Assembly: GCA_012295275.1 (NCBI GenBank)
Contig: CM022677.1
Location: 930,001 to 994,000 of the forward strand
From: Chrysomallon squamiferum
Lineage: Eukaryota > Animalia > Mollusca
Reading direction: 5' to 3'
Length of the DNA stretch: 64,000 bases
Shown: in pieces, positions 12,596-24,237 of the stretch
Numbering within the stretch: the stretch's first letter is position 1
How the letters are laid out: each line of letters opens with the position of its first letter
Program-made: the position numbers and the translations under genes
Notes under the pieces: generated by a model
What the model was told of the DNA's origin: nothing
Databases searched by the model: none
What the model saw: the letters and a program-made list of their open reading frames with translations, nothing else

Positions 12596-14973
12596 TACAT
12601 TTTTGTTTTAAATATATTTGTTTTTCTTGTTTGTTTTCTTTTTCTTTTTTTTTTAGTAATTGTGGAGTTTTGTATATGACATATATACAAACAATATTCT
12701 GTTAATATTATTAGAAATCAACAATCAAGACTGTTTATTTGAATTAATAATTAAAACAAAAATATTAGGATATTAAAGAATTGTTGTATATCTAACATTT
12801 TCTTATTCCTGCAAGTTAATAGTAAATAAATCAGTTTGGAATATTCACTGCTCAGAAACATGTGCTAGGATTACTTGTCAGAGGAAAATAAAACCCCTCC
12901 TAATGTCAAATACATCCAGACACTTCAAGTAAATGTAGTTATCTAGAAAACAATGCCTGTCAAATACAGAGTTCTGTATGATGATGGTGTTAGATGGGAA
13001 ACCTACTGCTGCCATTCCATTTCTTCCCACTGACAGAACAACAAATATGTCTGACAAACAAAGTATCACTGTCTATGCTGCAAACCAGTCAGTGACAATC
13101 TTGAAAAAGATCATGTGACCATCTACTGTAGCACCTACCCCATAACATAAAGCAACATCATGTATGTTGTTCTGAAATATTTACATTACTCGTGTGCACA
13201 GCTGATGAATTAAAACAGACTAATTCTCACAAAAAACAACATTTATTCAGTGATATAAAAAGAAAATAATAATAATAATAATAAAACATGATGTGAATCA
13301 CAGCCATATTTATCACAGACATCATAATTTTATCAATATGAAATAAATTGTTACTTTCCTGTTTTCCAAATTTCAATATGTAAATGGATGGATTGTCTTT
13401 TAAAACCCTCCCCACATTTCACAGATTAACTTAAATAAATGATGTGCTTGTGAAATTTATTATTCGGTTACATAAATTGCAATGTAATGTGGCACATCAT
13501 ATCTTAAATGATATTATAGTTATCTGTGTTTCAGAAAACAGTGTGTTAAACTGTATGCTCTATAGCAATTCACCAATTGTGTCTTGTCTCACGTCAGTTT
13601 TAGAAAGTCAGCTGCTATTTGTTGCTCTTTACCTTCATTCACCCAGTTTACTGTTATTTTCTTTTAACCAAATGTCTAAAATAAAACCAGGAAAGCAACG
13701 TTAAAACTGAAAAGGGAACATTTTTCACTAAGAATATCAAAGAAAAAAGAGTTACTTGAAAACCTGAAATTAAAGAATACCAGTATGAAGGTTCTGGTAC
13801 CTGTACGTTATTTTTCATAATCAGATAGACTAAAATTAGAATTAAGAAGTACGCTCTTAGTATGGTCTAAGGGCCCTTTTCCAAATTTGTTTTAATTTGT
13901 TAAAAATATAAAATTGGGGTTAGTTATGAGTTAAAATCAGTTTTATGTACACTTTTCACTTTTTGCTGTAAAACAGACAGATGATTAGACAAAATATAAA
14001 ATGATTACATATCTTTATGAAACTATTCAGACAGGAAAAAAATCTGGTATATATCCTTGTTAATATGACATGTTTAAATAAAAATAGTATATTTGTGCAA
14101 GAACTGTGCAACACATTACTAATACTAATAACATTTTTACAAATATGATAAATAAACATCTTTTTTAATATATTGATGAGATTTAATGTTTACATAGATC
14201 AGAATGGTGAAGATTTATATTCATTTAAGGCACAGGAAGTTGTAAAAATAAATAGAATCTCTCTATATAATGTACAAACAAAATGGTATTAAAAATGAAT
14301 CTCATACATGCAAAAAGTAAAACATAATGAAAATAAAATATTAAAAAAAAGAATGAAATGTTAATAAATGATTTTTAAAAATAAAAATAGTTTTTGCTTA
14401 AATAACAAACTTCTGAAGAAGTACCATCCATGTACATATTGCATTATGATCGCTAATATATTTATGGATATAAATTAAATTGCATAAATGTTTGAATTTG
14501 ATCATTTTTAACAACAAATATTACTGTTGTATAATAATAAAAACTGTCTAAAACAAAGTTAATTAAAAAATAAAACGGCTATACATTACTAAAATGAAAT
14601 ATATGTGTCATACTAAACACTAATTAATAATCTAGTTAATAACATTAATTTCACATTAAAAAAAAAATATCTAAATTTCCAAATAAATAATTTATCATTT
14701 GGACGACAAAACTGTTTTTGATTTTTTTTTGTTTTAAATGTTTTTGATTTTACAAAGATATATTATAAATATATTAAATATTGAGTCACCATGACTTCAA
14801 GGTATCAGATTTAATTTAAAAAATAAAATCTCAGAAATTATATTGTATCCAGTTATAATAAATACATTTAAAATGTGCAGTAAATTGTCCTTCTAAAGAA
14901 GTTTTCAAATTCTTTCAGTATTTCACCGGCACTATCAAAAAGCTGCTTCCGACATCAGCACCAAACAAAATAA

Positions 14974-17505
14974 TTATCTCATCGTTTTCCCCATCGACTT
15001 CCCAGACTTCACCGACTGCTGGGACACGCAGCTGTAACTCCTCTCAGTCATCTCGTGCTTCGGACTCAGGCCAGGCTCAGTGTCCAAACCATGCTGGATG
15101 AAGTTGTCTATGAGTGCGTTCACTTTATCAGGAACCTCAATCATCACCATGTGACTGGCTTCTTCTATCACCTCAAGATGTGAGTTGTAGATAGCCTGCA
15201 ATATATTTACATTTCATACTGTAAATACTTGTAGTCAGACTGCAACGTTTTTACATTTCACTTAATACAATACACACGTATTTAAATTTCTAACACTGTT
15301 GACCCTCGATTTAATGGATTAACAAGAGGTCTGGAAAATGTAAAATTTCTGGAAATCACAAATGTAATCATTAATACTAAACTTTACCGAAATATTAATC
15401 TTAGTACATGTAACAGCTATATAATACAGTAATATAATAATGTAACAAAAACATACAGACATAAAAACAATGCAAACAAATATCAGCCCGCAATCCAGAA
15501 AATCATGTTCAATGAAACTGAGGGTCAACAGCAGTCAGCCATCAATATATTTATAGTCAAGGCATATTTTAAAATTCCACTGTAAGTTAAAACTGTTTGA
15601 AACAGAAGTGTTTAGAAATCCCCCGTAAGTGTTAACAGCTCTTCAGTAAATTGTTACCTCTTCCATCTCCTTCTCCTCCTGCAGAGAGATGAGCTGGTCC
15701 TGCAGACCATAAATCAACAGTGTGGGACACATGAGCCAGTTGTGAAAGAATTCATCACCTTCCGGCCAGATCTGTCCATTCATTGTGTGCTGCAGGACAT
15801 ACGTAGGTATACTGAATGCTTCCTCGGGAGAAATTACTGGCTCCTTAGTAAAAGCACCTCTGTTTTGATTAACAATAAATAGCTAATATTAATAACAGCA
15901 ATAAATTACTAACATTAAATGACAGTAATACATTACTAATATTAAATGAAAATAATAAATTACTAGTATTAAATAACAATAATAAATAGCTAATATTAAA
16001 TAATAATAAATTACTAATATTCAATGACAATAATAAATTACTAATATACTAAGAAATAATTATAATAATTATATATGGGTGAAAATGTAACATTAATGTA
16101 CCTCCCTATTTTCCATGTATGATTATGACTATCTGGTATTATTTTGCTGTTAAACAATATTCTTCTTGTGTTTTTTCAAACTTATAAATTATGTAATATT
16201 TATTCAATAGCATCACAACCTTTCCTGAACCACTGGTATACAAAATATAAAGAAAAGAAAATTTTAAAACTGATTTACTTTTTGTACTTGCACTGAACAC
16301 AGGGCCGTAAACACACAACCATGCATAAAGGCAGACTGAACACGCCCGGCTGTGGACTGAGTGGGGTGGGGCTCCCCCCACTGATAAGAATTAACTTTGA
16401 TACCCTTCTTGACCTCTGGCGACCCAGAACTGCAGCAAATGAGCAACTGAAGAAAGGAAAGAAAAGAAAATAACAAAATAGATTGAAATAGCTGATTATA
16501 GAAGTAGAACGTAATATATAGTTCATAAAATTAATTAAATAATATTTATTCTTAAATTGTTAATGAAGACTGCAGCCAAATATTAATAAAATAATTGTAA
16601 TTCTGAACAGTGTTGAAATAATCTAATTTAATAATTCAGTTAATTGTATATCTTTAAGCAGTTTGTTGAAAAATACTGTTTAAAATAAAATGTAGATTAA
16701 AAAAAACTTACCCATAAGAATGAGCAATAATAATATTTTTTCTGTTGCAGTATCTGTCAAACACTGCTATAATGTCGGCAAGGATTTCATCAAAATGATA
16801 GGCACTTGCATTTCTTGGAGCAGAACTGAAACCATGACCAATAAGATCAGGTGCAACAATTTCATATCCCATTGAAGAAAAATAAGTAAGCTGTGGCTTC
16901 CACACCTCACTTGATCCCCCCACACCATGAAAGAAAAAAAGCACAAAATCACAATGTGAAGAAGAGTCATGATGTTCATTCAAGTTATTTAAACTATCTT
17001 GAAGTCCCAAGTCTTCGATGGAGTGTGTATGAGGTTCAGTGTTGGTCACAGTTCCATTTTCCATTTTGAGAACATCGTCGTTTTTCTGACCGACAGCAAC
17101 CTGGACTCCCGATGCTGATCTCACACCAGGAGTCATCTGACTGAAGGTGGACTCGTTAGACAACCATCCACTGACTGCCCCTGGTAAAACAGGATTAGCT
17201 TCGTCATAATGGGAGTCAGCAGGCACTTCAGGTAATGTATTTTGAGTTGTTGATTTTCTTCTTTTTGGCAGCTTCAGTGGGCCAGATGTGGCAAATTTAG
17301 GATGCAGTCCACGTTCTTTCATTTTCAGGTACATCTCCATATCTTTTTCAAACTGCTCATCTCGGGGTTTGGGGTTTAGATGAAGTATCCTCAGTCTTCG
17401 ATTTTGACGAATTTCAATAATCTCATATCCATTATGAATGCCTGGTGTGGGAGACACTTTCTGTCTTCTTCCACAGAAACAACACAGACAGCCACCCTGT
17501 GACAT
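14974..17505 (-). CDS. ABHD8: Alpha/beta hydrolase ABHD8, 4 coding exons
   Basis: Exons 17505-16712, 16446-16279, 15859-15658 and 15195-14974 join in frame. Motifs: Cys-rich N-terminus, LFFFHGVGGS, APDLIGHGFS, nucleophile elbow AHSYGC, GQIWPEGD, and EASHMVMIEVP (catalytic His). Confidence 0.92.
15296..15531. mobile_element. Small MITE-like element (Tc1-mariner/Tigger-type ends) in ABHD8 intron
   Basis: Inverted ends ctgttgaccctc (15296-15307) and gagggtcaacag (15520-15531), about 235 bp apart, with weaker complementarity extending inward. Confidence 0.5.
15872..16050. repeat. AT-rich minisatellite, about 27-bp unit, 6-7 degenerate copies
   Basis: Unit approximately aataataaattactaatattaaatgac, immediately intron-side of the ABHD8 exon-3 acceptor (15860). 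Confidence 0.75.
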
Positions 17506-17686
17506 CAGGCTGTTATTTCACTTTGCACTGCTAATAAATACCATACCTTTGTTTTATTACGTTACAAATATTTAATTATCTCAAATTTTGAAGGAAGAAA
17601 GATTTCACAAAAGATCACAGTGTAAAAATTATAACAGTGTAAAAATATAAAAATTAGCTGATTTAGAATAAAATAAATATGAAAGG

Positions 17687-17734
<48 letters not shown>

Positions 17735-18139
17735 TTATAACTTAATTTCGTTTGTTTTAATAAATCTTTGACATTACTTAAATAAAATAAAATTCAGTTA
17801 TATCATCAAAACTGTAACTTACTGCGTGTTTATTCATTCAACTAATGAAAAATAAACTTGTTCGCTCTGCCGAAATTATGACACGTCCATGATCATGATC
17901 ATGATATTGATAATTTCCACCGATTTGACAGACCGACTATCTTTCCATTCTTAATTTGATTATTATACTTTGCAGAACTACATAAACATTTATTAATAAT
18001 AAATTTCGAAGTCATTCCGAATGGAAGTCGTAGATTTTTCTTTTTGTCGTAAATGTGTAATTTATAATTGTTTAACTTTCTGGAATTTGTAATTTCCTAT
18101 CACTATCAGTGTATCAATGTTTACAGTCTCTATGAATGG

Positions 18140-18190
18140 GCCAAAATTCCACTTCCGACAAAAAATATGTTATTCTTCCGGAATATAGTT
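18140..18190. promoter_or_regulatory. Putative bidirectional promoter of ABHD8 and MRPL34
   Basis: ETS-like ACTTCCG (18151) and CTTCCGGAA (18175) between divergent start codons at 17505 (-) and 18424 (+). Confidence 0.5.
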
Positions 18191-18423
18191 ATAAAGTAAT
18201 GATATGATGTATGATGCAAACATTATTTTTATCATTCATAATTGAGACACATTATTATTGTTTTTTATTACTAATTATTGACAATTAGACATTACTTCAT
18301 TCTTGTGCCGTATATGAAATAGTTATGCTCTTGGCGTATTAATATGCGAACGTGTTGATGCAATACGGTCGCTGTTCCTTAAATTAAGCAAGTACTTGTT
18401 AAAAACAACGTTTCGCGATAATC

Positions 18424-20939
18424 ATGTCCGTTTTGCTGAGGTATGAGATTTTATTTTTAGCACTTTGAATTCAGTTTAATATGTATTACATTTAATTTTG
18501 TTTGACAGAAAATCTAAATGCTTTTCCAAAATATGCGTCTTATCGACATGTGCGCACACGCATCTCAAAACAATTCCCCACTCCATAATGACAATTTCGG
18601 ATAATTCCCAACTCGTAATTTTTTTTTTTTTTTTTATTAAATGTCTTTTACATGTTTATCAGAGTATTATTTCTTTGATTGCACTTGATAGGATGGATAA
18701 TCCTTGGTTACACCTGGTTGATCTTTGTCAGTTAGTGCACAAAGAAGGCACAAGGTGGCTTCTCTTTGCAATTGCACGCGATGACAGGAACGTGTGCTTT
18801 GTGATCTCATGCTTGATGAGGATTGGACTGACACTAATGATCCGAAACAGTGACAGTGGAGGTCTGAGACCTCTGATAGGATGTTAGTGTTTTCTACTTG
18901 TGATGCCCAGCGTTACCTCGCTAGTTCTGACTCCTGGTAATGGTATAGTGACGGAATATTCAACGTTGCACCACTACTGTTCACTCAGCTGTGTGTGATC
19001 CGCTTACTGTTTGGAGAGTCAGCTGTGACCTGTGTGTATGCATCCCTGCCAAACTAGCATTAGTCCACCTAAGAGGAACTGTTCACTGCCATACAAGTCA
19101 GATACAGAGTTCGGTTTCCAGGGTGATCCCACAACCATCATCCTTGACTTTGAGCAAGCTGTGATTAATGCTGTGACGTCATCCTTCGGAACACAAGTCA
19201 ATGTACAAGGCTGCTTCTCTCACCTAACACACATGGAGGAAGATCTAGACCCTTGGTCTTGTACAGCGATATAAAGAAGATGACGTGAAACTCTTCTGTG
19301 GCGTGGTAGATGAACTGGCCTTTTTACCAGTGGATGATGTTCCTGAGGTGTGACATATCTACAGCAGCACACTCCAGAAGGACTCCAACCTCTCCTGGAC
19401 TACTTTGACAGCACCTATGTGTCCAGACCCTTCCGTCGTATTCAGCCTCCACAACTTGCAGACAGATCCATCCCTCCACTTAGGATGTGTTGCATGCCTC
19501 CCATGTACCCACCATCCATGTGGAACATCAATTCCATTACTCATGAACGGGGGAATCAAGAACCAACAACATTAGGAAGGGATGGAACAGCGCCTTTGCA
19601 GAGTTAGCTGGACATGCACACCCTACCATCTGGAGGATCACTGATAGCATACAGAAAGATCAGGCCCAGGTTGCCACTGACCTACTGCATGACCTGCGTA
19701 GTGAGCCACCAGCAAAGTGTGCAAGATGCCACACCCAAAACTGCAGAAATTGTGCACTGACTGTCCCAGATGTACTAAGGGCATTGATCATAAGATTTAA
19801 ATAAATGAAGCAGTTTTATATATCAATACTAATGAAAAATATTGTTGGTTAAAGTTTAATAAAAAAAATACTAATTCTGTTCATTACTAATGTGTGGAGT
19901 GGGAAATTGTCCGTTTACCCAGTGGTACTTTCATGAGTTGATTTTCAGATTATTGCTCTGCATGCATTGTTAATGCATTTTATTGTGGCTATAAAAAATA
20001 CTGGTTGTCTAATTATATTTAGAATTCTTACCCAATTTACTTTCCATTGATCCAAAGTTTGTTCAATCTGATCCATTATCCATTCTATAGGCTATGAATA
20101 GAATATGACATAAGGTTGCTGAAAAATAATTTAAATACAGGTCCTAACACCTTTTCTTTTTTTATCCATCTTTGTGGAGTATGGTATTTTCAGAACTGAT
20201 AATCAAAAAAAATTGAAGTTTTATATTTCCAACCATATCAAACATCATGCCAGATTACAGCAAAATGAGAAAGGGTTGTGGTTTGTAAAACATTTTTGGA
20301 GATTTGACATGAAATAACTGACATATATACATGCACACTTCATTTATTATCTACATATTGTTGGCATTTCTGATATTTCATAGCTAGCTAATTATATAAT
20401 GTGATACACCCAGTGACACATATCACAAATATAGCAGATTACAGCAATTTACTATTATGTTTTTCAGGTCATTAATAAAAGTTCAAGAGCATAATTCAAA
20501 TACTTTCAAATTTCTCTTCAAAAGATTGTCAGAAGTTCAGTTCTGTTCAAGTGCTTCAAGTCCTTTATCTTCACAAGCTTCTGTTTCATGTGGCTTTTCT
20601 AAAAGTTCACAGTGCAGAGGCCTGCCTTTATGTACCAAAACTGTAACAGATTTTCAACAAACTACATGGGCAGATGTTTGTGTTCAGTCTGTGAGAAACT
20701 CAACAAGGAAACATTATCAACCCAGTGCTTGGAAGCGAGTTAACAAACATGGAATAGAGAAACGTCTGCTGACCGAATCAGGAATACATGTTCTGTGGCG
20801 AAGGCTTCTGAAAAATCGTTTCAATTTAGCACCATTTGAGAGGATTTTACCAGGAACAATTGATGGAAAAATACTTCCAAAGCATCAAATTCCAAAAGTA
20901 TCAAAGAAAGAAATAGAAAGAATTTTAAAACAAAGATAA
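18424..20939 (+). CDS. MRPL34: Mitochondrial ribosomal protein bL34m, 2 coding exons
   Basis: Exon 1 18424-18440 (ATG TCC GTT TTG CTG AG|gtatga) joins exon 2 20468-20939 (ttttcag|G TCA) in frame. Ser/Lys-rich leader resembling a targeting peptide, then the L34 core YQPSAWKRVNKHGIEKRLLTESGIHVLWRRLLKNRFNL. Confidence 0.88.
18570..19920 (+). mobile_element. Decayed Mutator-like (MULE) DNA transposon in the MRPL34 intron
   Basis: Frameshifted transposase pieces at 19120-19700: PTTIILDFEQAVINAV..FG....QGCFSHL, LAFLPVDDV, LLDYFDSTYV, PMYPPSMWN, RTNN...GWN and HAHPTIW. Inverted ends caattccccactcca (18571) and tggagtgggaaattg (19895). Confidence 0.85.
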
Positions 20940-21961
20940 AAACATTTTTATTCAGCAAGTATTGGTATTTCATGTTTTGCGTCTGTGTGAAATTTAAGAG
21001 TTTAGGTGAGATAGATAAATATCATTGTAAGCTGCAGTTTATTTCTTAAGATGAAAAAAAAAAAGTGATGAATAAGCTGTGTACCTAATAAAAAAATATA
21101 TATTAACTTTTAACGAAATTTTATTTTTTATTTAGTAGCATCAGATTCTCTAACAAATTTTTTAAATGTAAACTGACTAAAAGGTGGTTTGAATCCATTT
21201 TGTGTGCCATTTCCTGTTGCATAAAAAGTTTCTTGTAATGTACAAGTGGACAGGCTAGCATGAGTTTTACATGTTTGAAAGATGCATATTAATCACTGAC
21301 CATTTGACAAACAAATATTTAGTATAAAATTTCATGTATGGGTCATCAATGGGAAACAGAATTAGCTGTAATGATGCAGCCACCAGAAATGTAGATAATA
21401 AATTAATAATATTTAAGCAGTTATATATATATATATATATATATACTACCATATTGTTACTGAGAAATTGTTGCCATCACCATATACAGATTATTATCAA
21501 AATGAGTTGAATAGCTGTAAAAATAAATGTAATTTAATTTTATGCATATTAAACAAATCATGTTTTACAACTTTTAGTCACCAACTGTCTTGAATGTAAA
21601 GCTGAGCTAATATAAAAATGTTTTTTTTAAAAGTATGTGCATAGATGAATGTATGATTTTCAGTGTGACTGTTTTTACAAAAAGCAATCTTCTTGAAGAA
21701 AACCCACACAAATTAAAAATACCAGGTAATATTTGAGTGTAAACAATTAAAGCAGATAATAAGTATATTGGAAAAAACATCTGTTTAATGACTACTTTTG
21801 ATATACAGAGTTTTTTAATAATGTGTTTGAGAGAACCTGTTTGTACCACCATTTGTATTGGGAAGGTGTAATTCAAATGATCATTCTGTAAAAACTAATG
21901 CAGATACATCATAGGATGTCCAAGAGATGAGGAAATAAATCAGGCTTACAGAGGAAGAAGC

Positions 21962-21993
<32 letters not shown>

Positions 21994-24237
21994 CTCTCAT
22001 CTAAAAATTTCTTGCAGACATATATCTGTCTGCATTCTGTCCATCCCATCTACACACCTACCTAAAAATATATATATGTAAGTTGATATAATTTAACATA
22101 TAATACTGAGTAAAGTGAGTATGTTGGAACTGATAAATATTGTCAATACAGGTTGATGCAGCACATGGTAAAAGATGCATTACCATATTAGCAGTCATTT
22201 ATTGTTAAGGCAACAGAATGAAACAATTAAATTTGTTAATATTTTAAAATTTAAAAAGTATTTTTATGATGTATATTTATAATTTTATATGAAAAAAACA
22301 ACAACAAAAAAGTTTTTTTTTTTTTGTCATTCTTATTGAATATTCCAAGACAGTAATCCATTTCTAAAACTGTGAAACCAACATGTGTAACAACTAAAGG
22401 TATCTATATTAAAAACTTCAGTTTACAAAAATCATTTGAATTATCAAGGGAACCAAATGTGCAGCAAGCTATAAATTTGATAAACATAATATATATATAT
22501 ATATAAAAAAATTAAATTTAAAATCTAATTTAATAAATTATTGGTTAAGTTAAATAAAAATACACCAATTAATCATATAAAATTTTTATTTGGCACATTC
22601 TAATGAAGATGAAAATGTTTTCATTATTTATTCTTTTGTTTTCATCAGAATATTTAAAACAATGGGTCATGTTAAAGGCACAGTGTCATAAAATATTTTT
22701 ACAGCTGAATCATTTAAAAACAAGGAAAAGAATATACTAGCATAATAAATAAATTCTAAAGAATATAATAAACCTTGTTTTAGTAGCTGGAATGTGATTT
22801 AGTTCGTGGGATAGAGATGGGAGACAAGAGACACCATTCTGCAGCCTATTATAGTATCTGACCTTATTTTTTCATTTAAACTGATAATTATTTACAATAA
22901 TATAATGTAAAAGATGAGTATTCTTTGAAACATTAACATTATGATTATAGAAATCATAAGAGAAAATAAAAAATAACACAAAAAAAAAAGAATTATATAA
23001 ATTTAGAAACACCAACATTATACTAAAATTGACATAATTGAAAAGTGAAAAATGTTACAAATTAACTTCAGTATGAAATTTTGATTCAGATACCTATGGA
23101 ATGTTCAATAATTTAGTCAACCTGAACAACAGAAAAACAAAGAAATACACAATAACCAAATCTAATTCGAACACCTAAATTTCTCTGGAAAAAAGAAAAT
23201 GTTTTCATGTAATAAAATAATAAACATTTGATGTATGACAATTCAAAGTACAGTATTTGAAATGCGGACTTCATTGGCATCATTTCTTGCCTGTCCATTA
23301 CAGCTCATTATTATTCATGATTATGTGTTTAAAGTCAAATATTTTTCTTTTAAAATTACAATTTACTTTTAATTTATAACTACTATATACAGTTTTTTCT
23401 AAACCTTACAGTTACCTTTCTAAACAAGATTTTTTTTGGTGTACTTTTCCCCCCAAAATTTCCACATTTTAAAATGTATGTGTTTAGAATGCCAAATATT
23501 TTAAACTTGATTAATAAAATTAATGGTTTAAAAAAGCAGAATCTACTTAAAACTTCCTATCAATATACCATGTTGCATTTCAGTCAAAAATATAACTGGC
23601 TAAGCAGATGTCACTGGAAAAAAAACCTAAGTTTTAGGACAGAAAAGTGATCAGAAGGATGCTTATCTCCACAGATACACAAAACTGATAAACCAAACAT
23701 ACATACACACTGCAATTGCACAACACTGTATTGGTAAAACAGCAAGTTCATACTGCATTTCTGTTTTACATGTAATTCTCCATTTGTTCTAGTTTGTACT
23801 GAACTAAATTCTTTCATTCTGATGTGATTAGTTAAATAAAAGTACAATAATTTGAACAATTTTTCTTCAGCCCATAATAATTATTAACTATTTTACTTTA
23901 TTACTTTACAAAACAACTCCATATCTAACGATTAAAAATCCTAGAAATATTTAAATTAACAATGTATTTCAGAAAAATTAATTAGTTATGCTGCATTGTT
24001 CAACAACTTTACCAAAACTGACTAAAACGTTACAGCATTGACTATATCCACATTAAAACCCTATTTTTGTACAATTAAAATAGAAAATGTATCACATTAT
24101 TAGTATTACATTTTAAGATTTTTTGTTTTGTTCGTTATACAACTATTAGCATGATCACATATTTAAACAATTCACATATTAAAAATACTCTGACTGGTCA
24201 CAATGTTACAGAATTGATAAATAAATGCCAGAATTGT

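Noticed and set aside
20457-20467. ATG at 20457 as the MRPL34 start
   Set aside because: It lies in the pyrimidine tract of an acceptor (tatgtttttcag). An upstream exon at 18424-18440 supplies an in-frame ATG near the promoter.
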